Below, one piece after another: positions 21,018 to 32,069 of a stretch of DNA of 64,000 bases; positions within the stretch are counted from its first letter, which is position 1, and every line of letters starts with the position of its first letter. The stretch spans positions 3,906,001 through 3,970,000 of the forward strand of contig CP089276.1 of NCBI GenBank assembly GCA_023920165.1, read 5' to 3'. The DNA is from Curvularia clavata (lineage: Eukaryota). The notes under the pieces are model-generated. The model did not search any database. It saw only the letters and a program-made list of their open reading frames with translations, and was not told where the DNA came from. Both the position numbers and the translations under genes were made by a program.

Positions 21018-21416
21018 CTTGAAGATTGTCGCAAATGTAGATTAAAGCGAGCTGGCCAAAGTATCAAAGAGTGGTCGGTCAGAGATGTTTTCTTTGCTCG
21101 AAGTTTTGCGCAGCTCGAGAACAGCTGGTAGAGCAGGATGATGGCAAAAAAAAACGAAGAACTTGAGAGCAGCAGGTTGGAGAGGGAGAAAAAGTTCGCC
21201 AAGCCCTGCAGCTTTCTGTTAGTGTCTTTTCACCGCCGGCAGAACGCTCCACTTAGCTCCACTAGCGTGACATGACCGTGGTTCTACGCGCCACAGCACG
21301 CGCGCCCTCCTACAGCCAGCACCGAGATCGATATGCCGCAGTCCAGTTGGTCCCACGCTGTTCCATCATGATCCAGGCCCCGATGAACGCTCTTGACCCG
21401 CCAAACACTTATCACT

Positions 21417-24400
21417 ATGGGCTCCCGCCTAGACAAGAACTCCGGGTCGGTTCGCAAGCGCATTGTCGACCACCGCTTTGACAATGAAGACGGCGAAGAA
21501 TACGGAGGCTCGGCATTTGGCGGATTCACAGATTATTTCAGAAGAAAAAAGGTTAAACTACAGAATTTGGATGCCGATATCAGAGCCCAAGCCGGCGACA
21601 AGCCCCAGATCTTCAAAGGAATCGTAGCGCACGTCAACGGCTACACTCAACCCTCGCTCAACGACTTGCACACGCTTATAGTCCAACATGGCGGCGGTTT
21701 TATGCAATACCTGGATGGAAAGACCACTGTGACCCATATCATCGCTAGTAGCCTTACTCCGAAGAAGGTTGTTGAATTCCGAAGATATCGCATTGTAAAA
21801 CCAGCATGGGTAGTAGACAGTATAAGAGCGGGCAAACTGTTACCATGGAGCGATTATCGCGTAGTAGACGAGGGAGAGAAACAGAATGTGTTGGCATTCG
21901 ACGGAGGCAATGTTACCACACAGGCAAATGTCAAGAAGAGGGGATATCGAGACCAAACGGACAACAGTTGGTACACAAGCCAGTTGCAGAGTAGTCAGGC
22001 TGGGCCGTCCAGTACACCAACGCCGTCCAGTGCTATGCGCCCACGCTTCTCAAGATCAAAGCAACGCCAGCCCACTCCTGATGACGACATAGAGGATCTT
22101 CCGCCTTTCCACCGACCTGCACGCATACCCAACCCTCCGGCTCCAGGGCAATCCAACAAAGTCGCTAAACTGATTACGCCCCCTAAAACAAGCCCTTCAC
22201 TGCCTCCTGTCGAGCCCCGCAATCCACTTGACGAAGTTCACGACAGCCTCTATGCTAAGCCAAGCCCTCCTCCTAATCCATGCTTACAGGCTAATGGCGA
22301 TATCGACGAAATTCACAAACAATCTCTTGTTGATCCAGATACTTCGGCGTCCAAGAGCAGAGCACTCACCGCTGAAGAGCACAATGCCATTCTTCTCCGT
22401 GATCCAAAGATTCGACGGTCCACGGTTGTCGACCCAAACTTTCTCGAGCAGTATTACCGAGAGTCACGCTTGCATCATCTATCCACTTGGAAGGCTGATC
22501 TCAAATCACAACTGCAAGCGCTTGCGCTCGAAAGTGCGTCGTCGCAGAAAGCAAAACAAAAGCGTGTTTCTGGTGCTCGGCGATACATTTTACATGTGGA
22601 CTTTGACAGCTTTTTCGCTGCAGTGAGTTTGAAAAAACATCCCGAATACAAGGATAAACCAGCTGTTGTTGCCCATGGACAAGGCAGTGGCTCAGAGATT
22701 GCGAGCTGCAACTACCCTGCCCGCACATTTGGTATCAAAAACGGGATGTGGATGAAGCGTGCTCAGGAACTGTGTCCGGATCTGAAGATTCTACCTTACG
22801 ACTTCCCGGCATATGAGGAAACGAGTCGCGCATTCTACGACGCTATCCTCGCCATCGGAGGCATTGTACAGAGTGTCAGCATCGACGAAGCCCTCATTGA
22901 TGTTTCAAGCATTTGCATTGCTGTTGGCGGCAGTGATGGCAAGCGCCATTCGGAGGGAAGCGTCTATCGTGAGCAGGCAAAGGCTGATGAAATTGCACTG
23001 AACCTACGAGACGAAGTGCGATCCAAGACCGGATGTAATGTTTCGGTCGGTATTGGTAGTAACATTCTGCTCGCCAAATTAGCTTTGCGGAAAGCGAAAC
23101 CCGCTGGCCAATATCAGATCAAACCTGGCGAGGTTTTAGAATTTATCGGTCAGCTCCAAGTACAAGACTTGCCGGGCGTCGCTTGGTCGATTGGTGGTAA
23201 ACTAGAAGCTACTGGGGTCAAACTTATCAAAGATGTTCGTGAGCTTACCAAGGAGAGGCTCATCCAAACACTTGGCCCAAAAACTGGTGAGAAGCTCTAC
23301 GAATATGCTAGGGGTATTGATCGCCAAGAAGTCGGAGAACAGGTCGTTCGAAAGTCTGTGTCTGCAGAGGTGAACTGGGGTGTTCGATTTGAAAATCAAG
23401 GTCAAGTCGATGAATTCATTGCTAGTCTTTGTGGAGAGCTCCACAAAAGATTGTTGAAGGAGAGGGTAAAGGGCAAGCAGTTTACCATGAAGGTTATGCG
23501 ACGCTCAGCAGATGCGCCCCTGGATCCACCGAAGCATCTTGGGCACGGCAAGTGTGACACTTACAACAAAAGTCTCTTACTTGGTGTCGCAACAAATGCA
23601 AAGGAGGTGTTGGCCAAAGAAGCTCTGGCCATACTACGAGGCTTTGGTTTTACTCCTGGGGAGCTTCGCGGCATCGGGATTCAAATGACCAAACTCGAGC
23701 CTATGAAATCAGCTGCAGACGGTAATGTTGAGGGCTCACAACGAAAGCTACAGTTCAAGGTTGGGGATGCTCAGCCAGCACCAGCACCAAAGGCCATTGA
23801 TGAGGATCCAATCCAAGATGACCCTGAGACTCCACGAAAGCCAAAGACAACATCTACAGACGAGCATGTTGCGTTTGGCGCCCCCCAGCTCAATACTTTA
23901 ACGCCTACCCGACGTCCGCTAAATACATTAGGCACACAATTTATTATGCCTTCACAAGTCGACCCAAATGTACTTGCTGAGTTACCAGACGACATACGAA
24001 CCAAGCTCTTACGGCAAGCTCGGCAGTCTTCTCCTACACCTACGAGCAACGTGGCTACGGATAGCAAGCCGAGTACGCCATCGAGAGCTCTACCTTTCGC
24101 TATGACAGCACTCCCTGCGCAGTCTCAGCTTGATCCAGACATTCTCGCCGCTTTGCCTGCCGAGGTCCGCGCAGAAGTGCTTGCTGAATATGCCGGTAGC
24201 GAAAAGCTTCTGTCCCCTTCCAAGAGATCGAGGGGGGCTGATCAGACCATTTTGCCTCAATCGCCCCGAAAAAATAGGATCATAGGTATCCCGGCGAACA
24301 AACCCATTGTACCAGCAAAACGAGGCAGAGGTCGTCCGTCAAGATCCGCCATGCTGGCTGCGGCTGCACAGGCAAAGGCCATTAGCAAAACTGGCAAAAC

Positions 24401-25028
24401 ACTCACGCAAGCCAACTTCATATCGCTCAAGAATCCAGCTCGAGATAGTCAAAGCAGGGAAAATTCAGCCGATCTTAGCGACAACGCCTTCGAAGTGCCT
24501 ACCGTCACTGGGCCTGACCAACACGACGACCTTGATCCTGATTTCCTTGCCGCGCTACCTGAAGACATGCGAGAAGAAGTTCTTGCCCAACACAAAGCAG
24601 CCAAGCTAAGCGCCTACCGCTCTGCGTTGACTCTGGCTAAAACGTCAGTGGTACCCAAACAGCCAAAACCAGTCTCGAAAATCAAAATATCACGGCCTCC
24701 GAAGGCAACTTTTACTACGCAGAAATTATCAGCAGAATCCGATCTTAGGGGCGCGATGAAACTATGGATCAGCGAGTTTGACGATGAGGGGCCCTACGAG
24801 GAAGATGTCGCCGCATTGATTAAATACTTGAGGAAAGTCATTTTAGACGAGGGCGACACGAACAAAGCAGCAAGTCTTGTGACATGGATTGATTACGTGA
24901 TAGGCGACAAAGCAGGTACAGTGCAAGGTTTCGCACGAGAGTCGTGGGTGCAATGCCTTGCTACAATCAAAGCTGGCGTTTTGAGGGCGTGTAAAGAGAA
25001 GAAGTTGGGTCTGGTGTCTTTTGATTAG
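21417..25028 (+). CDS. REV1: Y-family translesion polymerase / deoxycytidyl transferase Rev1, about 1203 aa
   Basis: BRCT (IFKGIVAHVNGYT..VKPAWVVDSI), SRLHHLSTWK N-digit, HVDFDSFFA, SCNYPAR, SIDEAL, UBM repeats, C-terminal domain. First ATG at 21417. Confidence 0.97.
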   Translation: MGSRLDKNSGSVRKRIVDHRFDNEDGEEYGGSAFGGFTDYFRRKKVKLQNLDADIRAQAGDKPQIFKGIVAHVNGYTQPSLNDLHTLIVQHGGGFMQYLDGKTTVTHIIASSLTPKKVVEFRRYRIVKPAWVVDSIRAGKLLPWSDYRVVDEGEKQNVLAFDGGNVTTQANVKKRGYRDQTDNSWYTSQLQSSQAGPSSTPTPSSAMRPRFSRSKQRQPTPDDDIEDLPPFHRPARIPNPPAPGQSNKVAKLITPPKTSPSLPPVEPRNPLDEVHDSLYAKPSPPPNPCLQANGDIDEIHKQSLVDPDTSASKSRALTAEEHNAILLRDPKIRRSTVVDPNFLEQYYRESRLHHLSTWKADLKSQLQALALESASSQKAKQKRVSGARRYILHVDFDSFFAAVSLKKHPEYKDKPAVVAHGQGSGSEIASCNYPARTFGIKNGMWMKRAQELCPDLKILPYDFPAYEETSRAFYDAILAIGGIVQSVSIDEALIDVSSICIAVGGSDGKRHSEGSVYREQAKADEIALNLRDEVRSKTGCNVSVGIGSNILLAKLALRKAKPAGQYQIKPGEVLEFIGQLQVQDLPGVAWSIGGKLEATGVKLIKDVRELTKERLIQTLGPKTGEKLYEYARGIDRQEVGEQVVRKSVSAEVNWGVRFENQGQVDEFIASLCGELHKRLLKERVKGKQFTMKVMRRSADAPLDPPKHLGHGKCDTYNKSLLLGVATNAKEVLAKEALAILRGFGFTPGELRGIGIQMTKLEPMKSAADGNVEGSQRKLQFKVGDAQPAPAPKAIDEDPIQDDPETPRKPKTTSTDEHVAFGAPQLNTLTPTRRPLNTLGTQFIMPSQVDPNVLAELPDDIRTKLLRQARQSSPTPTSNVATDSKPSTPSRALPFAMTALPAQSQLDPDILAALPAEVRAEVLAEYAGSEKLLSPSKRSRGADQTILPQSPRKNRIIGIPANKPIVPAKRGRGRPSRSAMLAAAAQAKAISKTGKTLTQANFISLKNPARDSQSRENSADLSDNAFEVPTVTGPDQHDDLDPDFLAALPEDMREEVLAQHKAAKLSAYRSALTLAKTSVVPKQPKPVSKIKISRPPKATFTTQKLSAESDLRGAMKLWISEFDDEGPYEEDVAALIKYLRKVILDEGDTNKAASLVTWIDYVIGDKAGTVQGFARESWVQCLATIKAGVLRACKEKKLGLVSFD

Positions 25029-25667
25029 CTATGTGTTACGATCCTTTGATGACTTTATGAATTACAACAGTAGATGCAAGCACCGAAGTGAGCCGTCATG
25101 CGTCTTGTATCCATCCATGGGTAATAGTAGGATTTAACGGATGGTTTGGTGTTTGTTCTTTTGCTACAATACGAGGATTTGAGCGATCAGGGGTCTGCGG
25201 TTCTCATAGTCATATTATTCGCGGTTGCTCTATCACGTAATTCAACATTGAATTATCAAAGTAGCTGGCCTAGTTTCCAGTCTTTGTCATAACTGAACTT
25301 CTTATGATGTCTTTGTAAACTTTGGCCAGGATGAGAGAACTATGAAGGTAACATCAAAATTTGGAACAAGATGTGATGATACACAACCCGATCCTGGTAG
25401 GCTCGCCATTGTCTCCCACTTCTTAGGCATAGGTGTACCTGTTTCTCCGGCTGCGATTATCTCAATTCAAGCAATGAGCGAAGACAGGATAACGACGGAA
25501 GGCACCATCTTTACGCAACTAAAAGCACGATACACGTATCTACATGCATGACCGACATCTCATTGGGTATATGTATCTGCAACTAACAAAGATGTATGCA
25601 CTATCCCTCGTGCTTATCATCACAATCATTATTCATAACTCGCTTGCGCGGCCCCACTCACAAACAT

Positions 25668-27322
25668 TTACAAAGTATACCTGAAACCCTCAAGGCCCTC
25701 AATGATCTTGCCGCCATTGGCAGCTCTCTTGTTGGCTCTCCAGAACTTCAAGTTCAACAACAGCGAGATGATGACGATCATGCCAGCTGAGATCATGCAA
25801 GCAATAATTCCAGGAACGTAGCTTGGGGCATCCTGGGTCCTAAAGACTGTGCCACCAACAATACCACCGATGCCTCCAGCACCCACAAGGGTGGCAGAGC
25901 AGAGGGCGCGTTTCCATTGACCACGGATGTTGTTTGCTTGCCAAGTGAGAACGCAGGGAACGTTGGCATTGGCAGCTGCAGTTGCAAGGAACACACCTGA
26001 AATGTTGTTAGCAACTGTGCTGTGAGTGAACTGAGCAGAACAACTTACCCGTATATCTGACACCGATGTTGGTGCTGAAGCCCATCATAGGCAGGCCAAT
26101 TAGAGCAAGAACGCCATTGGCAATGACCCATGGAGAGCGGACTTGGTACTTGTCACCAGCGTACGCGAAGCCAATCATGACAAAACCGGCGAACACGTAA
26201 GGCGGGGCAATCAGACAGTTACTAGCAGCAGCGCTGAAACCCATTCCGTCCTTCAGAATGATGGGCAGGAAATAGGCAATGGCGTATGTTACAGTCGTGG
26301 TGAACATAAAGATCAAGGCAAAGCCCCAGACCTTCAGATCCATGGCACCGGCGAGGTATTTCCTGATGTTGAACTCCTCAGCTACGACGTCGTGGCGGTC
26401 TTGCTGGATTCTTGCCACGATAAAGTCCACTTCGTCTTGTTCAAGGAACTTCTTCTGCATCTTGCTTGGTTTGGCAGCGAGTTCTGGAAAATCAACAATA
26501 TAGTACCATCCAATGAGACCGATGGCGACAGTGATTACTCCCTGGAGCATGAAAATCCAACGCCAGCCTGATAGGCCGGGGCCAAATCCAACTGGAGTCT
26601 TGGGTGCCTTTTTGGTAGGGCCGTAGTGTTGACCAAGCCATTTCGCGGCTTGGTAGCCATGGCCATTGAGCAAGGAAAACAGGTAGCCAAGAATGCCAGA
26701 GAAGGCTGACGACAGCATTCCGATGAGGAAGAAGAAGGTATTACGCTTCTGAAGCTCGTAGCGCTTGTACCAGCAAGAGAGGAGGTAGGCAGAACCTGTG
26801 CTAGTCAGTACCATGCTCTAGATCTTTTATCGGTGAGATTTTCTCTGACGAACCTGGGAAGAAACCAGCCTCAAAGACACCAAGAATCAGACGAAGGGGA
26901 ACCAAAGTTGTCCACTCCTTGACAAATGCAAATGCGATCATAACGGCTCCCCATATGACCACGATTGATGGAAGGAAGAGCCTTGGGCCTAGCTTCCTCA
27001 GAACGACAGTAGCAGGAGGCTGCAGGGCAACATATGTGATGAAGAACAACAAGACGATGATGCTGTATCTTTCGCCCGTGAGCTTTAGGTCGACACCCAT
27101 ACCCGCTACCATGGCGACACCAAGGTTGGTCCGATCCATGAGCGAGACGCAGTACATGCAGCCCAGCGTAGGAATCAGCCTAAGATCTACCTTGCGGATG
27201 ATCTTTTTTTGCTGTTCGGGTGTGAACCGGTTGAGAGCGACATCGTTGGATGAAGTGTCGGATTCGACGCGCTCGATGGCGGTAACATCCCCTTTTTCAT
27301 CAACGAAAGAAGTAGAGGACAT
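25668..27322 (-). CDS. MFS transporter, anion:cation symporter (allantoate permease/Dal5-like) family, about 514 aa; exons 27322-26854, 26795-26049, 25996-25668
   Basis: [59 protein letters not shown]-terminus. Two GT-AG introns join three ORFs in frame. Confidence 0.93.
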
Positions 27323-27541
27323 GATGGTATGTATGCGCTCGATAGCCTTCTAGGTGGGGTATAAAAGTAATGGTTCTTGACAAGTCCACCAGATGTTTAA
27401 GGGGACAAGCAAGTCGATGAAAGAGGGGTGAATGCGCAGCCCCTGAGAAGAAAGGACGGCGATGAAGGCTCGACTTTCAGCTTGCTACGGGAGCCATGTC
27501 TTCATATAGTTTTGAGCTTCCCCAGATTGTCGGGCTCACTT

Positions 27542-27579
27542 CCCCAGATTTCTCCACCATCGGCTCCGCCGTACCCCAG
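27542..27579 (-). promoter_or_regulatory. Four co-oriented CreA/Cre1 consensus sites (SYGGRG) upstream of the MFS gene
   Basis: + strand CCCCAG 27542-27547, CTCCAC 27552-27557, CTCCGC 27564-27569, CCCCAG 27574-27579, 220-257 bp upstream of the ATG. A TATA-like TTTTATA is present on the minus strand near 27360-27367. Confidence 0.55.
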
Positions 27580-29178
27580 ACCCCAACACCATGGTCAGGT
27601 TGTTTGTCCCTATCCGATATGGAGACAAGCTCGCTGAGCTTTCGCCAAAACGTCTTATTGGCCTACGCCCAATACGATATCAAAGCCTGTCGTTTCGGAG
27701 GCAAATCACCATAGCAGTTAGGGGCGCTGCATACCAAGAAGCAAACTAGTTAGCATGCCGTGAAAAGTGCCGTCTGGCATGACAACACAGCGGCATCGAC
27801 TCCGAGACAGAGTGATAGCATCTCACGGGGCGTTCCCGATACTCATGCCGAGACGTACCCCACCTAAAATGACCAGGACACCGCGATTGAGTTGAGAAGT
27901 TGTGGCGAGCTAGGGTCTGGGCAGAGGCATGGTGCGCAATTCGCCGTGCGCTACAGGCATGCGGCGTCGGCCCAGAACCTTGGCTCAGAGCCAGACTGGC
28001 GAATGACCTACCGATTGTCAGTGCATCTTGGGATAGTCAGGGCATCTTCCGTTGTTTTGAAGTTTAATTCAAGGATAAAGTCTGGCGAGGTGCGGAAGTG
28101 TTCCACCCCTTGTTAGAAGGACGACGAGCGCACACACATTAATCCAGAGTCAAATAAGCCGACACAACATACGAATTCACTTTGGAAACACTCCAGAAAA
28201 CTGATTGCCAGGGCTCTCAGTACTCTAGGATATAGAAAGGGCCAGTGCGCATGTCTACAGTACTGTACGTCCGTGCTTGACAATGTATAGAGCGGAAGCT
28301 TCCCGTCCTCGTACAGTTCGCGTGCAGTTGCTCCGCTTCCTGTCAGACTGTCGATGATCGCATGCTGCATCATATGGATCGCATCGACAGGAACGGCAAT
28401 GCATACGGGACTTCGAAAGCTGTACACAAGCTTGGCTTGGCTTGCCATCACATCACAACGTACTCACCAGCATTTTCCTCTCATCCGCGTGCGAAACCAT
28501 CCCCTCAAAACCATGGTTTTCAGCCAACATTTCAGCTCTGTCACTAATAATCGAGATCCCAGCACCACGTGTCCCTGTCCCTGGATTCGGCCTCGTCGAG
28601 TGAGCCGAGGCTTGGATCGTCAGACGCTTATTCGACAAGGCTACAAGGCGTCTTAGGAGGAACCAGAAAACTAGTTGGTGTACTTGAATAGAGGCGATAT
28701 TCGCCGACCAAGGCGCTTCTGTTATGAAGATGTCCTAGCTCACTGCTTTGGTCGGGGGTACTTCCGTTGTAGGCTGGTCTAAGGCAAGGGAGTTGTCAAG
28801 GGCGCGGCTGAAAGGAAGGCCTAGACGAGTAGCCCAGAGGCAAAAAGGTAAACGGGTCGCATTTTAGCGTCTGAAAGTTCCAAGTCAATGGTTCGAGAAC
28901 GGGCGCATCCCAAGCCAAGAGTGTCTCGTGGCAGATCGATGGTGTTTCCAGGATAGTGGTTGGCAACATTTGGTGGAACACATCCAGTTAAGTCTAGATG
29001 CCTGTCGGATGGGTATGTCTTACATACCTAGACTATACGACACCATGTGGGAAATCGCCGCAATACCTAGGTGTGCTACTCTCTCACTGAATTCCTACAC
29101 TGAACGGTATCTTTCAATGCGAAAACGAAAGGATGCGAAGAAGAGACGGTCAATTTCCATGCAGACAAAACGACATCT

Positions 29179-30217
29179 CTACTTGAAGTCCTTTTCGCTC
29201 AGGGAATCCTCCATCTTCTGTATCCTTTCCCAGGTCTCACTCCACTTCTCCCACTCGCCGTCGGGCAGTCTTCCCTGAATTGGCAGTCTTCCGCCTTCCA
29301 TGGTGCCAAAGCCCGTCACTCTCTTTACAGCCTCCTTGATTCCAACAACGCCATACTTGCCAATAAACTCCTCGGTTGTACTAACAGTGTACTGCAATTC
29401 CTTGATTCTCTTGAGATTCTCGTCGCTGATTGGTCTTGTCTCGGCAAGCTTCATCAACGAGCATACTGTCTTGGGGTATATGGCTGCGAGTCCGTCAATG
29501 ACACCAGCTGCGTCAAAGATGACTATGGGACCGAGTTGTTGGCCTAGCCCAGAGTAAACGCGGAATTTGTTGTGGTCGATTTTCGGGTCGAGCGACACTT
29601 GGTTGTGCCATGAGACTACAGCATGCGACATTTTGCAGCCGACAATATTGGGGTGTTGAGCAAGGACACGATAGGTCTCGGGTGTGACCATGACTCCATT
29701 TGTTACGCCTGGGTAGTTGTAGCTAGCACTCGTCAGCTGATGCCCCTTGTTATCCGCCTTCCATGACTTACATCAGTATCGGGAGAGGGCTTTTGTCTGC
29801 AACAACGGTAAACCATTCCCTTATTCCCTCTTGACTCGCAGCCGCCCCGAAATATCCCGGGGCAAGGACCAACCCCCATTGTGCGCCGGCTTTCTTGAAG
29901 TCTTCTAACCATTCTAGTGTCTCATCCACACTATTGATCAGTGTTCCTGCCATGATCGGGTAGTCCTTGAAGCCTGCCTCTTCCAATCCTTTGCGTACTC
30001 CTGAGACGACATCGATGCGTTCTTGTCGCGACATGTGGATTGCTTCGCCAGTAGAGCCGAGCAGAACCAGCCCACGCACACCATTCCTGGCGAGGAAGAT
30101 TGAGTGATCTATCTGTGTCTGGACATCTACGGCAGGCTGGAGGGAGCTAGATGCGGATTTTGGTTTGAAGAAGGTCGGGACGGGGACGAAGACGCCCGTT
30201 GGTGGTGATGATGCCAT
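29179..30217 (-). CDS. DHDPS/NAL-family class I aldolase (2-keto-3-deoxy sugar acid aldolase-like), about 329 aa; exons 30217-29772 and 29722-29179
   Basis: GVFVPVPTFF, GLVLLGSTGEA, IYNYPG (formed across intron 29723-29771), Schiff-base lysine in HPNIVGCKMSH. Confidence 0.9.
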
Positions 30218-30382
30218 GACAATGGTTTGTGTTGGAAGATCCTCGTGCTTTCAGCGTTGGGTGATCGAAACAGAGTGAAATTCGGCAATTGAGCTCGATG
30301 TCGCAAAGATTTTCCACTCTTTATTGAATAGCTGTCGCGTCAACACCTCGGGTTGCTTTATCCCAGCACCCGAAGTTGCGTG

Positions 30383-30408
30383 CCCCGCGGTGGAGTCCAT
30401 GACCCCGC
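30383..30408. promoter_or_regulatory. Three CreA consensus sites in the 402-bp divergent aldolase/dehydratase promoter
   Basis: CCCCGC 30383-30388, GTGGAG 30390-30395 and CCCCGC 30403-30408 all fit SYGGRG on one strand or the other. Confidence 0.5.
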
Positions 30409-30619
30409 CCCCGTCGCCGTTCGGGTTACCACGAAGGTGGACCTGGTAGCTGCAATGTTACTATTGGATAAAAAACGCGCTTCGGTATTTGGGTATGACC
30501 ATGTAGTTATGTTCTTGCCGATGACCGAGATCTTGCCAATGCAACGTAACAGACTCACTTAACCACAGTTCCTTTGACTTTGAGCGGCTGTATCAAGAAA
30601 AACTCTGGGAACCTCAACG

Positions 30620-31877
30620 ATGGCAAAGATTGCAACTATCGAGTACTTCAGAGTACCGCCACGCTGGCTCTTCGTCAAGATCACCGATACCGATGGAAAC
30701 TTTGGCTGGGGCGAGGCTTCTCTCGAAGGCCACACACAAGCAGTCGAAGGATGCTTAGATGCCTGGGCTGAACGCTACATGGGCTTCGAAGCCGAGTATG
30801 ATATTGGAATCTCCCGTTTTGATCCCAGCTAACACTTCTCTAAGTGACATCGAACACATCTGGCAGATGTCTTGGCGCACAAGCTTTTATCGTGGCGGAC
30901 CTGTTTTCATGAGTGCTTTGGCAGGTATCGATATAGCCTTGTGGGACTTAAAGGCTCGAAAGCTGAACGTCCCAATCTACCAGCTGCTGGGAGGTAAAGT
31001 CCGAAACCAGTTGAAGGTATATGCATGGATTGGTGGAGACAGACCGAGCGACGTCAAAGACCAAGCGTGAGTAACCCTCATATTGATATGGATACGTGGT
31101 GGAAGAAAGATAAATCTAAACTCGAACAGACTCAGTCGTAAGGCCCAAGGCTTTCACGCCGTAAAAATGAACGCCACTGAAGACATTGGCTGGCTCGATA
31201 GCCCCTCTTGCCTTCAAGCCGCCGTAGACCGTTTAAAAACTGTCAAAGAGTTAGGAATGGACGCCGGTATGGACTTCCATGGTCGTGTTCATAAGCCCAT
31301 GGCCAAACAACTTGCCAAAGCTCTCGAGCCCTATCACCCCCTGTTCATCGAAGAGCCCCTGCTATCAGAACACGTTGGCGGCATCACCGCTCTGCACGCT
31401 CAGACCTCTATCCCTATCGCACTCGGCGAGCGTCTTCACTCGCGCTGGGATGTGCGTCCTTTCCTCGAGGCGGGCTCGGTCGATATCCTACAGCCTGATA
31501 TCTCACATATTGGCGGCATTTCGGAAATGAAGCGTATAGCGGCCATGGCTGAAGCCTATGATGTAGCCATTGCTCCGCACTGTCCTCTTGGCCCTATCGC
31601 TCTTGCAGCCTGCGTCCAAGTCGATTGCACGCTTCCTAATTTTGCGATACAGGAAATGAGTCTTGGAATCCATTACAATGCCGGCAGCGAGGACCTTACA
31701 TCTTATACCAAAAATCCAGAAGTTTGGGATGTCAAGGATGGTGTCATTGCCTTGATGGAAGGACCTGGCTTAGGTATTGAGGTTGACGAAGATTGGGTAA
31801 GAAGAGAGAGCAAGGATGCGAAGGCTTGGTTTACCCCTGGATTCATCGGACCTGGGGGTGAGATCAGGGAGTGGTAA
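30620..31877 (+). CDS. dgoD: D-galactonate dehydratase-like enzyme (enolase superfamily, mandelate racemase subgroup), about 381 aa; exons 30620-30795, 30845-31066, 31130-31877
   Basis: [87 protein letters not shown] match motifs I recognise from bacterial DgoD. Confidence 0.92.
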
Positions 31878-32069
31878 CCTCTATCTATTTTCAGATCATT
31901 TTGACATGCCGGCTATGCAGCAACTAGTACATCTTCTGGTCACTTGTCAATAAGACGCAGGACATGCCATGCAACATTCATATCGGCTTGTTATTTTTTA
32001 TATGAACTCAGCTCCCGCGTAGCCTATGAACCATTTACACAATCGAACCAGGATACCATGTTGATGGCC

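Noticed and set aside
28113..29100. Short ORFs between the MFS gene and the aldolase as a fourth cluster gene or regulator
   Set aside because: No Zn2Cys6, dehydrogenase or other motif, and no convincing splice structure.
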